Shown here piece after piece: positions 1 to 14,200 of a stretch of 64,000 bases of DNA (position 1 is its first letter; the number at the start of each line of letters is the position of its first letter). The translations under genes and the position numbers were made by a program. The DNA lies in assembly GCA_050575255.1 (NCBI GenBank), contig JBNZDD010013730.1, positions 6,680,925-6,744,924 of the forward strand, in the 5' to 3' direction. The DNA comes from Harriotta raleighana. Taxonomy: Eukaryota. The notes under the pieces were generated by a model, which saw only the letters and a list, made by a program, of their open reading frames with translations, was not told the origin of the DNA and did not search any database.

Positions 1-900
1 CCCATACAATGCCAAATTTATTTTTTAGAAAAAATGTAGATGCCAGGACTGATTGTAAGATGGTAAGTTCATCTTGAGTTCAGATGCTAAATGTAAACCA
101 GTGAGAACCAAGCTGAAGTGTTTCATGTGATCATCCTCAAACCCTTAATCACACCTGTGCTCTCATCCATTCCTGGTAATCCATTATTCTATATATAACT
201 TGTTGCCTTCCAGCAATTGAATCACATAAAGAATTGTTTGAAAATGTCTCAAATTTCATTATCTGCTTTTTTCGCATTAAATTCTAATGACTAAATGATT
301 GACTGTTTGCACTTGAATAGTTGGAATCAATTATCAGCGATATTGTTTCTCAACATAATGTCAAAAATATTATCCTATAAAACATAAATTAATTTAAAAA
401 TAAGTGGCTCTTAATTAACTGTAATCCCTTCAATAATATAAATTTGTTTTGCTCTTTCATTGTATGCTCAGAGCATTTAAAACGGGTCTTGTAACAGCAG
501 TGTTTGTTAGCATGCAAATGTGCAGATTCTTTCAAAAAGAATTATATTTGTGATCAACAATAAAATGGCCAAAAGTACGATTTAAAAGCTTAGCTTACGG
601 CATATATTTTCTTTTCTGTGGCTCACATTCAGCAGGTTATTAATAATAATACTCACATCTGATGTCGTGCCTAAAATGTTATGGCATCTCAAAGTGCTTC
701 AAGGCTAATTGTTATCAAGTCACCATTTGTAGCCAGATACAATAGTCAATTTGCACACACCAAGAGCCATGAAATAAATGGATAATTTATCTCAAGGAAT
801 GTTGGTTGGGACATCGGGCAACATTCCCAGTGTCTACTTTGAATTCTGAGTGCATTAAATGTTTTGCATAGCACCTTTGCAGTTAATGATAATGATGATA

Positions 901-1080
901 TAATAATAATAATCCTTGAATTTGAAATAGTGCTTCGCACGTCTTCTAGAATGTATTGTAATGCACTGTAAAGAATATACAGTACTGTATATTTGCGAGC
1001 AAAATGTGGCAGCCAATTGCACACAAGTGTCCCACAAACAATCGTGAATTGAAATTACCAATTTTTTTTAGGGATTATTA
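901..1080 (-). mobile_element. Deu-type SINE, 3' half
   Basis: Reverse complement of the body and (TTA)n tail seen in the copies at 17466 and 47854 (tgtttgtgggacacttgtgtgcaattggctgcc...aaattcaaggattattatt). Confidence 0.8.
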
Positions 1081-1178
1081 TTAGGTGTATTATTTAGGAT
1101 AAATTCACAGTTTAGGAATGTGAACAATTTAGTTATGATTAATGCATTTTCTTGCATGATTTATTTCAGTAACAATTC

Positions 1179-1392
1179 TGGAGTCCTGTAGCTCAGTCGT
1201 TAGAGCATTTGCCTCACAAGCAAGATATACTACAGTATATTCTGGGTTAAATTCCAGGCAGGGTGAAATCTTGGACAAGTTTCCTTACTCCACACATCTT
1301 ACAATAATCCCTCAAACAAAACCAATAATAAATTGGTCATTTCAATCCACAACTGTTTGTGGGACACTGCTATGCGCAATTGGCTACCACAT
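1179..1392 (+). mobile_element. tRNA-derived SINE, 5' portion
   Basis: Head tggagtcctgtagctcagtcgttagagc (pol III A box), degenerate B box gggttaaattcc, then the body shared with other copies in the window. Confidence 0.85.
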
Positions 1393-1496
1393 GTAATAAT
1401 ATATTATAATTCAAAAGTAAAGTAAATGGGATGAAATAAATGGAATATTCTGCCACTGACCATATGCTACTGGCTTTGTTTTATTCATATTAAATA

Positions 1497-1620
1497 AATA
1501 AATAATCCTTGCATTTGATATAGCGCTTTTCACGTCTTCTAGACGTCTCAAAGCATTTCACAGAATATACTATAAAGTGAATTGACTGCATATTTGTGGA
1601 CGAAATGTGGCAGCTAATCA
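1497..1620 (-). mobile_element. SINE 3' tail fragment
   Basis: ccttgcatttgatatagcgcttttcacgtcttctagacgtctcaaagca matches the family tail. Confidence 0.8.
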
Positions 1621-1624
1621 TTAA

Positions 1625-1697
1625 AGACAACAACAACAACAACAACAAAATGACATTGATAGAGAGCCCTTCACATTTGGAGGATATCCCAAGGTGA
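1625..1697 (-). mobile_element. L2-type 3' tail fragment with (CAA)n
   Basis: (caa)n-aaatgacatt...ccttcacatttggaggatatcccaagg resembles the terminus of the L2 copy at 28193. Confidence 0.6.
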
Positions 1698-3416
1698 TGA
1701 AAGACCACCAACTTTGACAAGTACATAAGAATTTGTAGAACAACCATAGTCTTTTAGCTCATCAAATTCAGTCCATCCAGAGAACAGATGCTACAAATAG
1801 CTCCGTCTGTCATTGTCTACCTCTGCATCATGTAAAACCTCCATCCCATCAATCACCATCTTAACCTTGATTGAAGATAATATCCTTCTACACCCTATAT
1901 TAGTAATCTGTCAATTCAGTATTTTAAAGAGTCAACGTTTACTATACTTAACAGTAAGTTTTGAAAATCAGCACATCTAGATGTGAAGTTCCGCCTAAAC
2001 TTTCTTTCATCTCAAGGGTTATGCTGATCTGCTGAGGAAAATGACATCATGCATTGTTTTTGTGAGGAATTCAAGCACTATCCTTGAACTGATATTCTAC
2101 TTTATATGTGAAGGTCTTTTATGATCACTTTAAAGATCTTTTCTGTTATTTACATTCCTATGTGTCAATGGTTCTGACAACGTACTTTAGCAATGCGTTT
2201 TCTCTATTAATTATTTGTAATGAGCTCTAAAGATTATGTTCAAATATCAGTTCACAGCTACTCCTAAAATGCTTTATCTTCATCGCATCACCACCTTGTA
2301 ATCAGTGCTAATATTTTTCACATCTTGCATTGATTTTTCATTTATGTACATTATATTCCTTTTGCCCATCCATAGTTCAATGACTGCCAAATAATAATAC
2401 TCATGTATGTGGTTATTATTAATATGATCCATCATTATATAAAACATTAATATCTGATATACTGGTATTAATCTTTTTGGATGCTGAACTCTGCAATAAA
2501 TATAAGAGTTATGCTCACACATAACTATATTTCATCGCAAAATGAAGAATTTCCGCCTTTAATCTTCCAGATAGGATAAGCATGCAAATTGTGAATATAG
2601 AGCTCTTAGGAATGATCACTGGAGAATTTCATTACTTATTTTGTCCAAATTTACACCGTTAATCATTTAATATTGTATTCATCTCTTCAGTTATCACCTA
2701 ACCATGTTTTTAAAACAAAACTTAAATGCACTTCTCAATTTCAATAAAGAGAGCCCCTAAATTTCATCAAGAGTCTGTTAAAGGCTGTAAAATGTAGTAA
2801 TTATTACAATATGGTTTCAATCTTTAATTTAGAATTAAATCTTTAACAATTAAGCTCACAAAATTCATAAGTGATTACCTCCAATTCAGAAACCCTTGTT
2901 TTACTTATTGATCATATTTACATTTGAACTTGAATTGTGCCCTTGAAATGCTTTCAGATCATTTTAAATCCACGAAATACGTACTTATATTCAATGAGCT
3001 GCTGAAAATATCTGCCCACCATTGCTTACTTATTCGTTAACTTTTCCCTTAAGAATCCACCCTTGTCATTATAATCAATATTGATATGGCACATTTCACA
3101 TTGGGAGTCCATTTAATTGCGAACCCATGCTGGGGTGGGGGTGAATGTTGAGAGGGATGGGGGTGGGTGGAAGGGGAATTGACTATATATCTATCATATA
3201 CTTAGCCAATATTTGTCATTTTGTCAATGATATAATGTATCATAATGAATCGTTAAACCAGCATGTTTCTTCTTGTAAGCGTGGTCTGTCTGTAAACCCT
3301 TTGCTGTGTGGTTCTAACCTTGAGTCATTCTGAATTACGCTTGAGCTGGTCTCATCATGACTATCATGGCACCTTGTAATCTTTCTGTTTCCTGGCCAAT
3401 TAGGAGGTACATTTCT

Positions 3417-3535
3417 GAGGAAGGGCCTCAGAAATGTTGACTCGCTTTCCTTTCACCATGCCAGACCAGCTCAGTTTCCCAGCGATTTTTGGTCTTGTTT
3501 CAGCATTTCCAGCATCTGCAGTAGTTTTGCGTTTT
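3417..3535 (+). mobile_element. Short Penelope-like retroelement relic with 11-bp target site duplication
   Basis: Flanked by the direct repeat ggtacatttct (3406-3416 and 3536-3546). Starts at ctgaggaagggcctcagaaatgttgactc. A related copy lies at about 17712-17806 on the minus strand. Family assignment is from recalled chondrichthyan repeats. Confidence 0.65.
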
Positions 3536-5187
3536 GGTACATTTCTTAAGTTCAGAAGCCACTCTGAAAACTAAAGAGAAGCCAAGAACATTTTCTATGA
3601 GCAATAGAGAATTTCTATTTTGAGCAATAATTTCTATCTCAATTTTTATTGGATTGTGATGTCTGTGAAAAAAATATATAGGGCTTTCTTTTGATGCAGA
3701 AGATCTTTTGCTGAGCTCAATCAGTTGCTGAACTCCTTCTCCGACAGCTCACATTAAAACAAAGGTCTTGATAATTAGTTGGCTACTCAATGCAAATTGA
3801 AATTTGAGCAAAATAGTTAATGAACAGAACATTAGTTCACTACTCCAGCTCGTTGACCTGAAGCTATATAACGTTTCGCTCTTTGATTTATCATTAAAGA
3901 CACATCAGTGGATGCCGTGCTCTGGCAGGAAATATGACAATTCTTAACTGTGATCAGTACAAAAATTCCTGAATTCCTAAAGCTATACTTCACATTTATT
4001 GATTGCTTTTCGCTGCAGTATATACCAGGTTAGAAATTACCTTTGTTTTATTGCATTTAAAAAGAAAGGTTAGATACAAACACATAAGCTGCACTTTTAT
4101 TTTAGTAGTTTGTGGAAGGAAGCCAATTTGTCATTGCTCAACAGATGTAATTGAAAGTAATGAAACCTAGTCTCACCAGCTTTATGTGGTTACCATACCT
4201 CTATAGGTAAAAGCTTGATATGCCTTTACATATTATTTTTACAAGATAAAGATTAAAGGGGCCATTCTCTGATGCAATGAAATGTTCATCTTTACAGCAT
4301 ATGACATCTACTTGCCTGAGTTATATGTATTGGTAGGACTGCTATTCCATTGTGAATTTTGGGTCATGTCCTTTAAAAGTTAAAGATGATTTCAAACAAT
4401 AAATACCTGGAGTGAGTTGAAGGCTCTTAATTCTACCTCCAATTCTATTGGTATTCGATGCACATTCGAAATTAGTAAAAGCTCTCTGTTCTAATACTGT
4501 GAAGAATAAAATCATATTCAGTGCATTACCTTAATTCACAAAAAAAATTCTTCCTCATGCTTTATTTTATTACTTTCTCTAAATACACGATTTCTTTTGA
4601 TTCTATGATCAGGCCAAATTATCCTAGTGATTTGTTTTTCAAGGACATGCATATGTTAATGAAACTGAGGTTCATCGAAAAGCTCCTTTGTTCTAAATGT
4701 ATGCATGAGGTCGAAACATATACAGATGGAGAGATTAAATGAGCGTGAGAGGAGAACTTTTTCCGAGTGACTTGTAATTTCTGATGGGTTGACTCGCATT
4801 GTAATTGAAGAATATGCAGTGAAGAAAAAGAATAAAAATCCTTGGATTTCTTAGAATTATTATGGTGCGAGTCTATTGCATTGGGAGAACTTTGGGAGGA
4901 TGTTTCAAAGCACTTTACGGGATATCTACTATAAAGTGTAGTGACTCTACATTTTATAGGTGAAGCCATTTGTGAATTAACCACAATTGCATTGACTCTT
5001 TTCCTGTAAAATCTAGCTGTAATTTGAAAGGTCAAGTGGGAGCTAAATTTAGTTTGGCTCCTAAATACAGCAGTTTCTACTGGAAATAGTCGGCTTGAGT
5101 TGCAAGTTGTATTCTGTGATAAATAGAACCAACGTAAGTTCAGTAATTGAATATGCTCACACGGGATCTACTTAATAGATTCACGGC

Positions 5188-5256
5188 AACCAACAACAAC
5201 AACAAAATTACATTTGTATAGCGCCTTTCTCGTCGGGAGTTACGTCCCAAGGCGGT
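5188..5256 (-). mobile_element. L2 3' tail fragment
   Basis: aacaacaacaacaaaattacatttgtatagcgcctttctcgtcgggag is nearly identical to the terminus at 28193. Confidence 0.75.
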
Positions 5257-8200
5257 GTGAGCTCAATTCAATTGGCGTTGGCTACCCAAATCTATTCTTT
5301 TCTTGATAATATATGTTTTAACACACATTTAATTAAATAATTGACACATTTCATTCCTGAGGTTCTTTTGCGACCGGGCACAAAGCCACGGCAAGCAATA
5401 TTACGATCCGAAGTAGAATGTATGGCTTTTATTTCCTGGTCTTTGCGGTGCATTGAATCGGCTCGTTCAAAGACGTCTTCCGATATTTTGCCATTTGACA
5501 TTTTTTAAAAGCTTTTTCAAAATATGGTTGTACAAATAATGAATAAATACAATGCAGCTCCAATGAAGGTTCCCAGGTATCCATTACAAAGATTTCACCA
5601 GGCCACAGGTGATTCAGAGCATAACTGGAGAAGGCGTGAATTACACTGCTCTTTAAACCATTTCATTCAGGCGGTGTCAAGATCAGGCCTCCGAAGACAT
5701 CATCAACATCATCATACACTGTTACTTTGCAATGTAAAAAACACATCAAGTCTGGTCCAAATGATTATGGAATGCACCGAAATAATTTGACAGTGTCAAC
5801 ATTGAGAGGTTTGTTAACATGTGTCACAGATACTGAGGAGGGAGATTTCTGAGAGTATTTTTAGCTGTTGAATTTTAACAAGAGAGCTTACAGCCGTTTC
5901 CAGATGCAGTGTTGAGAAAGTTCAATGTTCTGCAGTTTAAAAATCCTCTGTAATGAAGCCCTTTGGGAAAATCACTGCATTTCCTGAAATTTTGAGGTCA
6001 GTGATAATAGCGTAGGGTAATGAGGAATATTTCAGACTACAACCTGTTGTATTTATATGTTAGATTTTAAAGAGTTTTTCAAAGCCAAGTTCCTTCCCAA
6101 TGATTATCTTGTGAATTTGGAATAGTGTATAATTAAAGCGCATTTATTGAACATTTATTGAAGGAGAACCATGTTAGGTTACATGATAAAGAATAGGTTT
6201 AATTTGCAGTGTTTCTCTCACTATTTCTTGGCAACAAATCCTTTTAGAACTTCCAGTGATCCAGGTGATATTTCACTCCAGAAATAGATGGTGAAAGTTT
6301 GCATTTGCTTGTGTTGTATTTGACTGAGAGCATGCAGGCATATTTGCCATTGACAAGCTTAAGAACTCCTCCAACACAAAATTTAGCACAGAATAAAGTA
6401 CGTTTTAATAGTAAATGCTTTCATGCTAAAATGTATAGAATTCTACCTCTGTTAAAATAATTAGAGAAGAATCCATATAGATAATCATCCTTGCATTTTT
6501 TGTCTTGCCTTGCATGCAGATGGTGGTGATTGCAGACTCCCAGTAGATTACAGAGGAGGAAGTTGTGAAGCCTCTGTAGCTTTGCTAAAAAAAAACATTC
6601 ACAAGATGAACGACGCCTTGTCTCCTGCGTCATCACAATTACTCCTTAGCAGCAGCACTTCATAGTCTTATGAAAATTAAAAGGTGGCAGATTCCATCTA
6701 TCACTTCCAGATTTGCTGGAATTCCATCTGAGAATTTTAACAGCTGGCTTGGTAACATGATAGAAACCATGATTTGCTTCAGGCTGCATTATACACTTGA
6801 AATATTAAATAATGGACTTACTCAGAAGAGCGTCAAGTTGCCAGGAACCTTTGGGCTGTATAATTACAGAAATTTGGTTCCTCGACCAGAATTTATGATT
6901 TAGTGGCACCATAGTACCTGGGGGTCCATTATTACACAGAATTTTAAACTGATCTATAAAATATTGTTCCATGTTTCTAGGGTCTATGATGCATGCAAGT
7001 TAGATCTATTTGCTCAGAATGTGTCATAAAATGTTAGTTTCAATGTTTGGTAAGTGCACAACTTAGTAGCCTAGAAAGCACAGAGAAGGACTACTCATAG
7101 GAAGACGGATGGATTTGTCTGTTCAAAGTATTTTTCGTATACTAAGTTTTTAAAAATTACACACAAGATAAGGAGAAAGTGACAAAGCAACAAGAAGTAT
7201 TGACAACCTGGAAGAACATCAATGTAATTATACGCAGTATAAATGGTAGAATTAGGTGGGCAGCAGTTTTTTTTCAAAGGATTTCTATGTAATTTTTATA
7301 ATTGATTTTTCTTGAGAAAATGCAATTTCATCTGTTTCTAAGACTGATTGCTTTAGGTCCATTTGGCTGTCACTAAAGTAAACTTGTTATTTCTGTTCAT
7401 AAATAGTTCATGCAAGTCAAGTTGTTCCTTCCTTAAATATGTGAGTTCCTTGAACTACTAAAGTTATCTTTCTCAAATTATGTTTCTGTTGAAGGAAAGC
7501 TTTGAATATTTCTATGTTCTCTCTTTCAACAGCCTTAAATCTCCTGCCAAGTTTAAAATCTGCATTTTTTCAAATTTACTTGACTGATAACATATTAAAT
7601 GATAAATTTAAGCAGTATCTTCCCACAACTGTATGTATAATCATGTACTATAATACTTTGCTGTATAAAACTGGAAAGAGATTGAGCATACTGGAGTGCA
7701 CATGTACTTCAGGAATATTTCATACTGGTTTCTCTCTGGGTGGGAACAGGTACATTATTGACAATATAAAAAATATTCCAAACTCAATAATTCCCCCGGC
7801 TGTTGCAATTTACAAATTTTACATGTGCAACAACCTCCCAAGCACACAAAACATATGGTGATAGCTAATTTTTCAACCTTTCCTAGGAAACAGTGGGGAG
7901 TTATTTTAACCACATAGGAAGTGGTCCAAATTGAGTTAAGAAACAGGAGTACCTGCATCGGTTCAGTTGGTAATCTCTTTACGGCTGGACTCAAATTCCA
8001 TTGAAACTAGGGTCTAATCATGTTACTGCTCACCCAGGGAGATGAATTTATCTGTTATGGTGGACAAAAGGCCAGGTTTTTACTGACCTTGGCTCTATTG
8101 TGGTAGAATTGTTCTCCTATGTAGCATATTGTGTGTCTCCATTCAGAGACGGGGGAAATCATAGCCACGATGGCAATTCATCACCAGTGAGAAAATTGTA

Positions 8201-11200
8201 CCCCTGAGTTTCATGAACTGATACACATGTATTTTAGATCCAAGTATTTGAAATGTTAACTAATATTTTAAAAGAAATTTGTCCCAATCTTGGGTATTGT
8301 GGACGGCTCAGCGGAGTGATACTTGGGACCAATCAAAAAGATAGCCATTTGAATAAAGACCTTGTTCACCCAAGATTTAGCGCTTAGAAACAAGGAACAC
8401 ATTTCAGAATTATTCAGTAGAGAAGAAATCGTACTGTGAGAAAGTAGCTAGTGTATAATAAGCAAAAGAAAAATGTGACACATTCATACAGATGTGAGAA
8501 ATGGCTTTCCAAGAGCCACATTAATAATAAAACAAACCATAAGTTGAGAAGAAGATCAATTGTGGGAAACATTTCCTTCATCCTTTTCAAGCCATCTGGC
8601 AGATTATTCCACTTTAGTGCATTGTCCCAGGTGCCACGATGTTGGGGTTGGGGGAGAAAAAACGTAGGATAATTGATAATTAAGAAACAAAACTGATAAT
8701 CAGGGCAATTTTAATACAATGGCAGAAAAATAAATTGGTGTGCATGCAATTGGAGTTTAATGGAATTGACATGTTTATGTATTTTTCTTGTTTTAGTGTT
8801 ATGTGAAAATTATTAAAGTTAGTAAAGAACAACAACAACTTTGATTTATATAGTGCCCTCCTCACCGTTGTAAAATTATAACAATCTAAGAGAAAATTCC
8901 ATGATATTCAACTAAATATTCAACTGATATTTTGAGATTTTGATGTTTATTATTCTTATTGTTAACTTATTATTATCTTCTTACTATCCATCCCGCTTTT
9001 CTAATTGCTATTTTAAGTTCACATGGAGAGGACAACACTTATAACACCAATTGATCCAACCAACTTTAAGCTAAATGATGTATCACACCTACTTCATTGA
9101 AGAGGTGAATGCCCTTCTGTCATGTAAAACGTATGCAAAAATAGTCATGCAAGAAAGAAATGGACAAGGACATTTCATCCAATTAATAAAGAAGTTCAAA
9201 TTTTCCTCACAGAGCAAGAAGGAAATCGTGCTTGAATGCTGTTGAAAACATCAGGTTCTTAGTTTATGTTAAAAGCCAATTAAGATGGGAAATTTATAAT
9301 AATAAGATGGTTCTGAGATTCGTGTCTGACACTAATGCAGCAATCTGCAAACATACATCAGTGTTACTGCCTGGTCAGTGTATGTTGAGAAGTCTGTATT
9401 GGAAACACCATATGCCACACATTTAAACGCCATATGCTGCAAATGCATCAGGTAAACAAGATAAAAGGAGGTGAAGAGTCTCTTCGCAAGATAGAAGAGA
9501 GTCTGCAGACTAGACTGTCTGATGCGAAACTCACCAATTTAAATATTCCATGTATGAGCAGTGATTTTATTGGAGTAGGGATAGGAATATGTTGACAGAT
9601 TCTAACATTGACACAACTCGTTTTACTTTTTATCTCATGTAGGAACTTCCAAACATTAAAATCTTTATTTCTTATTCATTAACACCACGTTATGTGTGCC
9701 TGGTTACAATAGTGTCATTGAAACTCAGGAATAAATACAACAGTGAAATGTCCTATACGTGTAATTATTAGTATTATTGAACAGATATTGTTACATGGTG
9801 GACAATTATTCTATACTCATTAGCGATAGTTTTCTGAATAAGCTAAGCATGACTATACTCCGAGACAGATTTAATTTTTAACTTTGACCTGAGGACCTTC
9901 GTGAAATAATTTATGAATATTTACCGATAAATCATTTACTTTTACATCATCGGCAGCAGGAAAATAGCAAATATAATACATGCGCAGAATTTAGATGTCT
10001 CGTCATTAAGGCATAATCCCCAGTTTTCATACACTCTGAACAGCTTTCTAACTATGTATTTTTTAAATACCAAGATAGAAAAATTAGAAAATCCCATGAG
10101 GCTCATCCAACTTGCTCTGCACGCTGGACCCCATTAGAATATTTCACCTTCCCCTTGATTTCGGTTGGTATTAGCTGCTTTGATTTACAACTCTATTTCC
10201 AGAAGGTGAAACTCTCTCTGGCTTGACAATAGGTACTATAAAACAATAGTTTTAATACCCAGGCCAACTAACACCCCCACTAAAGTCCCATTGCCACTGC
10301 ACTTCATTTAATTATTTTCTGCTCACTGTATATACTGTACATATCATGGCTTGTCTGTTTTAGGTTACATTTTCGAAATTACAAACAGTATTCAGTTAAT
10401 GAGAAATATCTCCTGTCACTACTGGCCATAACTTAGCAGCATCAACATTGATCATGGATAATGTGTTTAATGTCACAGAGAGTATTTAACATTTGATACA
10501 TGGAGAAATCCAATGGAAATCCTATGTTCTCAACATGTAGCACTTATCAAGCCTCACCCACTGCTATAACATTGCTCTGCAATTGAGATGTAATGTAGTA
10601 CATAAGATTTGCATTTTGAACATCTGTAAGTGTCTAAACTCAACTGATTTAGCAATATAGTCCAGTATATTGTTGGCCTTTTTTATTGTTACTTCACACG
10701 GTTTCTGACAACAAAAGTGATGAGTTCAACACATGTTTCTTTCACAATTAACTTGGGTAAAATAATCCACGCCAAGGCTGTCAGGGTTTGCATTGTGCTT
10801 GTATTTCCCCAAAGCAGTTAAATGTTTCCACGAAAGCTGTTGAAACTCACAGAGCAAGCTGTTCTGGGTCACACATGAATGCGTTACTGCTAACTGGGAA
10901 AAAGGTTGGTTGCATGTCACCTGAGCTGCTCAATGGAACTGGTGTAGAAAATCCCTGGTAAAGCAGTGAAAAATTTAAAAGGAGGGAGGGCACAATGCAA
11001 AAACACAACCATAGATATGCAAGGCTCTATTCATGCATATAGTTCAACAATATTTTAACAAATCTTTCCTACACCTTCAGTAATTTTTTTTTTAAAAAGT
11101 CCTTGAATGATCAATTCTTCCAAATCAACTCTTTAAACAGAACTTTAGGAAGTAATGAGGGGTATCAATGCAGTGTATGTCCAAAATATGAATGGTTCTA

Positions 11201-14200
11201 TTAGGAGAAAATAGGTTTTGTAAATATTCATGGTATGCTGGTCCATAGATTAATTTCAGAAATTATGGCACATGAATCTATTACTTTTACCATTTAAAAA
11301 CATTTAAACACTGTACTGTGAGGTGTGGATAGTGTTATGCACATTAGTATTTCATAACTGAATAACAAAATTGAATGCATTCCCCAGACTTTCTTATAAA
11401 ATGTTTCTCAGTTTATGCAAAATCAATTTAAGAGAAATATTTGGCAATGGTACAAGCAGATCTTTACAAATTTTAATATATTCAATTTAAATGGCGTTTC
11501 TAAACTAACACATAACTCATGTGTTTACATTCTGTGGTGCAGTGCAATAGAACATCATTGCCCGCACCACCACACTAGAGTGAAGCAATTTCTCTGCAAC
11601 AGAACCTGTTAAATCCACTTTTACTCTGATTCGTAAAGCGTCATTTAACCAAAGAGGCAGCAACAAGTACATTTTCTTCAATACATTATTGTATCAATAA
11701 GTCTTTAATGTGTATTTTCATAAATTGATCGACAATAGAACAGAGCAACTGAAACACTGTTACTGTAGTAACGGTAACTGACCTCCTCCATCCTCTAAAG
11801 TCGAATCCTGCAGTAAGTGTAAACCCAAGCACTATTTTGTTTCCTTTTCTCTTGTTCATTTCAATAACAATTGCATATTTGCTTTACATTCAAAGGTTCA
11901 TTGTACAACATCTTCTTTATCTCCTTTCTTCCCCCATGAATAATATAAGCTGCCCAATACTTGCATTAAAATTCTGAAAAATCTAGTCAGAGAGATTTTC
12001 CAACCCTTCAAGATGTTCCCACTCTTGTTGCCTGGTGACATCAAACAATTTCACTTTGACAAAAACATAAATTATATCAACAGCACCTTTCTGAGAAAAT
12101 GATCAAGATTGTTCCTGAACCTATAGCATTGGAACTTCTTTACAGCCATCAGTAATATCTGAAGGAAATCCTATTGGAGTCAACTGTGACATTTTTAGAC
12201 ACCTGTTAAGGTTCAGATTTTGCTTAAGAGAAGTGGAACTTTTGATGTAGCGGAGCTCAAATCAAAGATGGAAGTCGAAAAAGAAAAATGTATGGCTTTC
12301 TCCGCAGTCAGAGATTCTTGTACGAACATTCATATACTGAAGGTTCAACATGCATTTTCGGTTTCTAGAGCCATTTTTGAGGCCCTCTCCATCTGTAAAA
12401 TTTTCCTTGAATGTTTTGAAGGCTTTCTGGCATGAATCCGGTGGGAAAAGTATTATGTTGTGGTTGCTCTCGCTCTCTCTCTCGTATTTTAGTGACACAG
12501 CCTGTGAAGGTGGCACTGCTGATTTCTCATTCTGGCATCAATACCACCTACATAGTTTCTGCATCAGTTCTCAACTAAGTTTGCTTTCAGCGTATTATTG
12601 CAGCAGCGGCAGCAGATGCTACTCTGGTCCCAGCTGCCCTCAGCCTTGAGAGAAAGAAATTGAATCTACTAATGTAGCTTTTTTACTGGGAGCCAGTCAG
12701 GGTAACTATTCAAAAAATGCCATCGGCAATTGGAATAAAGACATAGAGTACAGGATCAGATTATAAGAGTCCATTTAATTCTGGTCTCATTGAATTACTG
12801 CAGAGTAAAGTATAATACTGTAAAGGGTGACCAAAAAGTCATGGTACCATTACAATGTCTAATATGTTTTACATTCTAATATTGTTTTTTTTAACTAGAG
12901 TAGATATCATGACTTTTGGGTCTTGCACTTTCAGTATCTTTTTTGCCACATAGGGATTGATTAGCTTTCATATAACTGAACAGCATCCACATGCTAAGAA
13001 AATCATCCCAGCATGTTAATTACATAAAGCAATGGAACTAAGCTTTTCATAGTTTGGAACCATTAATGTTTACCATATTATCTGCTATATACAGTATCTG
13101 TGTGAGGAGCAAATCTTAGTAATTACAGTAAATGGAATCTGAATGGCTCTTCCTGAGGAATCATAGAGGTAGAGTGAAGGTAGAATCCAGATTTATTCAG
13201 CTCCTTGAGACGTCCTCTCAACTCGAAAGGCACTATACAAATGTAATTTTGGATTGTGTATTTTAGATAGAAAAGTGAAGCAAGTGGAGACTTAGGACCT
13301 TCAGAATATTGGGCTATAGAAAGGGCTCTTACTTCATGTGAATAAGCTGAGCTCTTGCATAAATATTTGCCTGGATTTCTTTTGGTATAAAAATACAGGT
13401 TCTTTTAAGATTAGTTGAATCACTCACTGGAATGGAAAAGCTGTTCACCCATATAACAGCAAAGCCCCCTATAACATCCTGTTAATTTCTGCAGCTGGGT
13501 TAAAAATAAACTCTAGCAAAGGGATCTGTTGCTTTCACAATCATTAGTACCACCAATCACACCAAACGTTAAGAGTGTAAAACTCACCTGAACAGATGCT
13601 CATGATTATATGGCCTTATATGGACTTGCGGAGTACAGCAATATAGCCTGAGATCAATAGCGTTAGTGAAGAGTAGGCGATGTTGTACACTGTCTAGAAT
13701 AGTAATGCTGTACATCGTCTCATTAACATTCTGATCATACATAGAGCTGCTCTTAACATTTCTGTCAATAATCAATCTGTTTTTCATGTGTGTCTTCCTT
13801 CAAAATTCAGACTCGATAAAGTAAAATGAATGAGTACCATTTACCATAAAATGGAGAATTCGACAAGGAGCTAGGCAACCCTAAAGAGTTGGTACCATAT
13901 TATTATCTTGGCTCATGTGGATAGAAAGAAGCTAATTTTATTCTATGTACAGGTTTGTGCAAGGCTCATGAACGTTAAATGATTTATCCCATTTTGTACC
14001 TAAGGCATTACAATAAACACCTAACGGGGTAATTGATGTGGAATCACTGATTGTTCAATGCTTCAGATACGGAGGCATGACTGAACACCATATATATTCA
14101 GTCAATATATTCAGATTCTAATCCTGCCTCGACATTCTTAAGGTGCACGGCTGCTTCCCCTAACAAAACACTTCCAAGGGCTTAGAACTAAAGTTTACAA

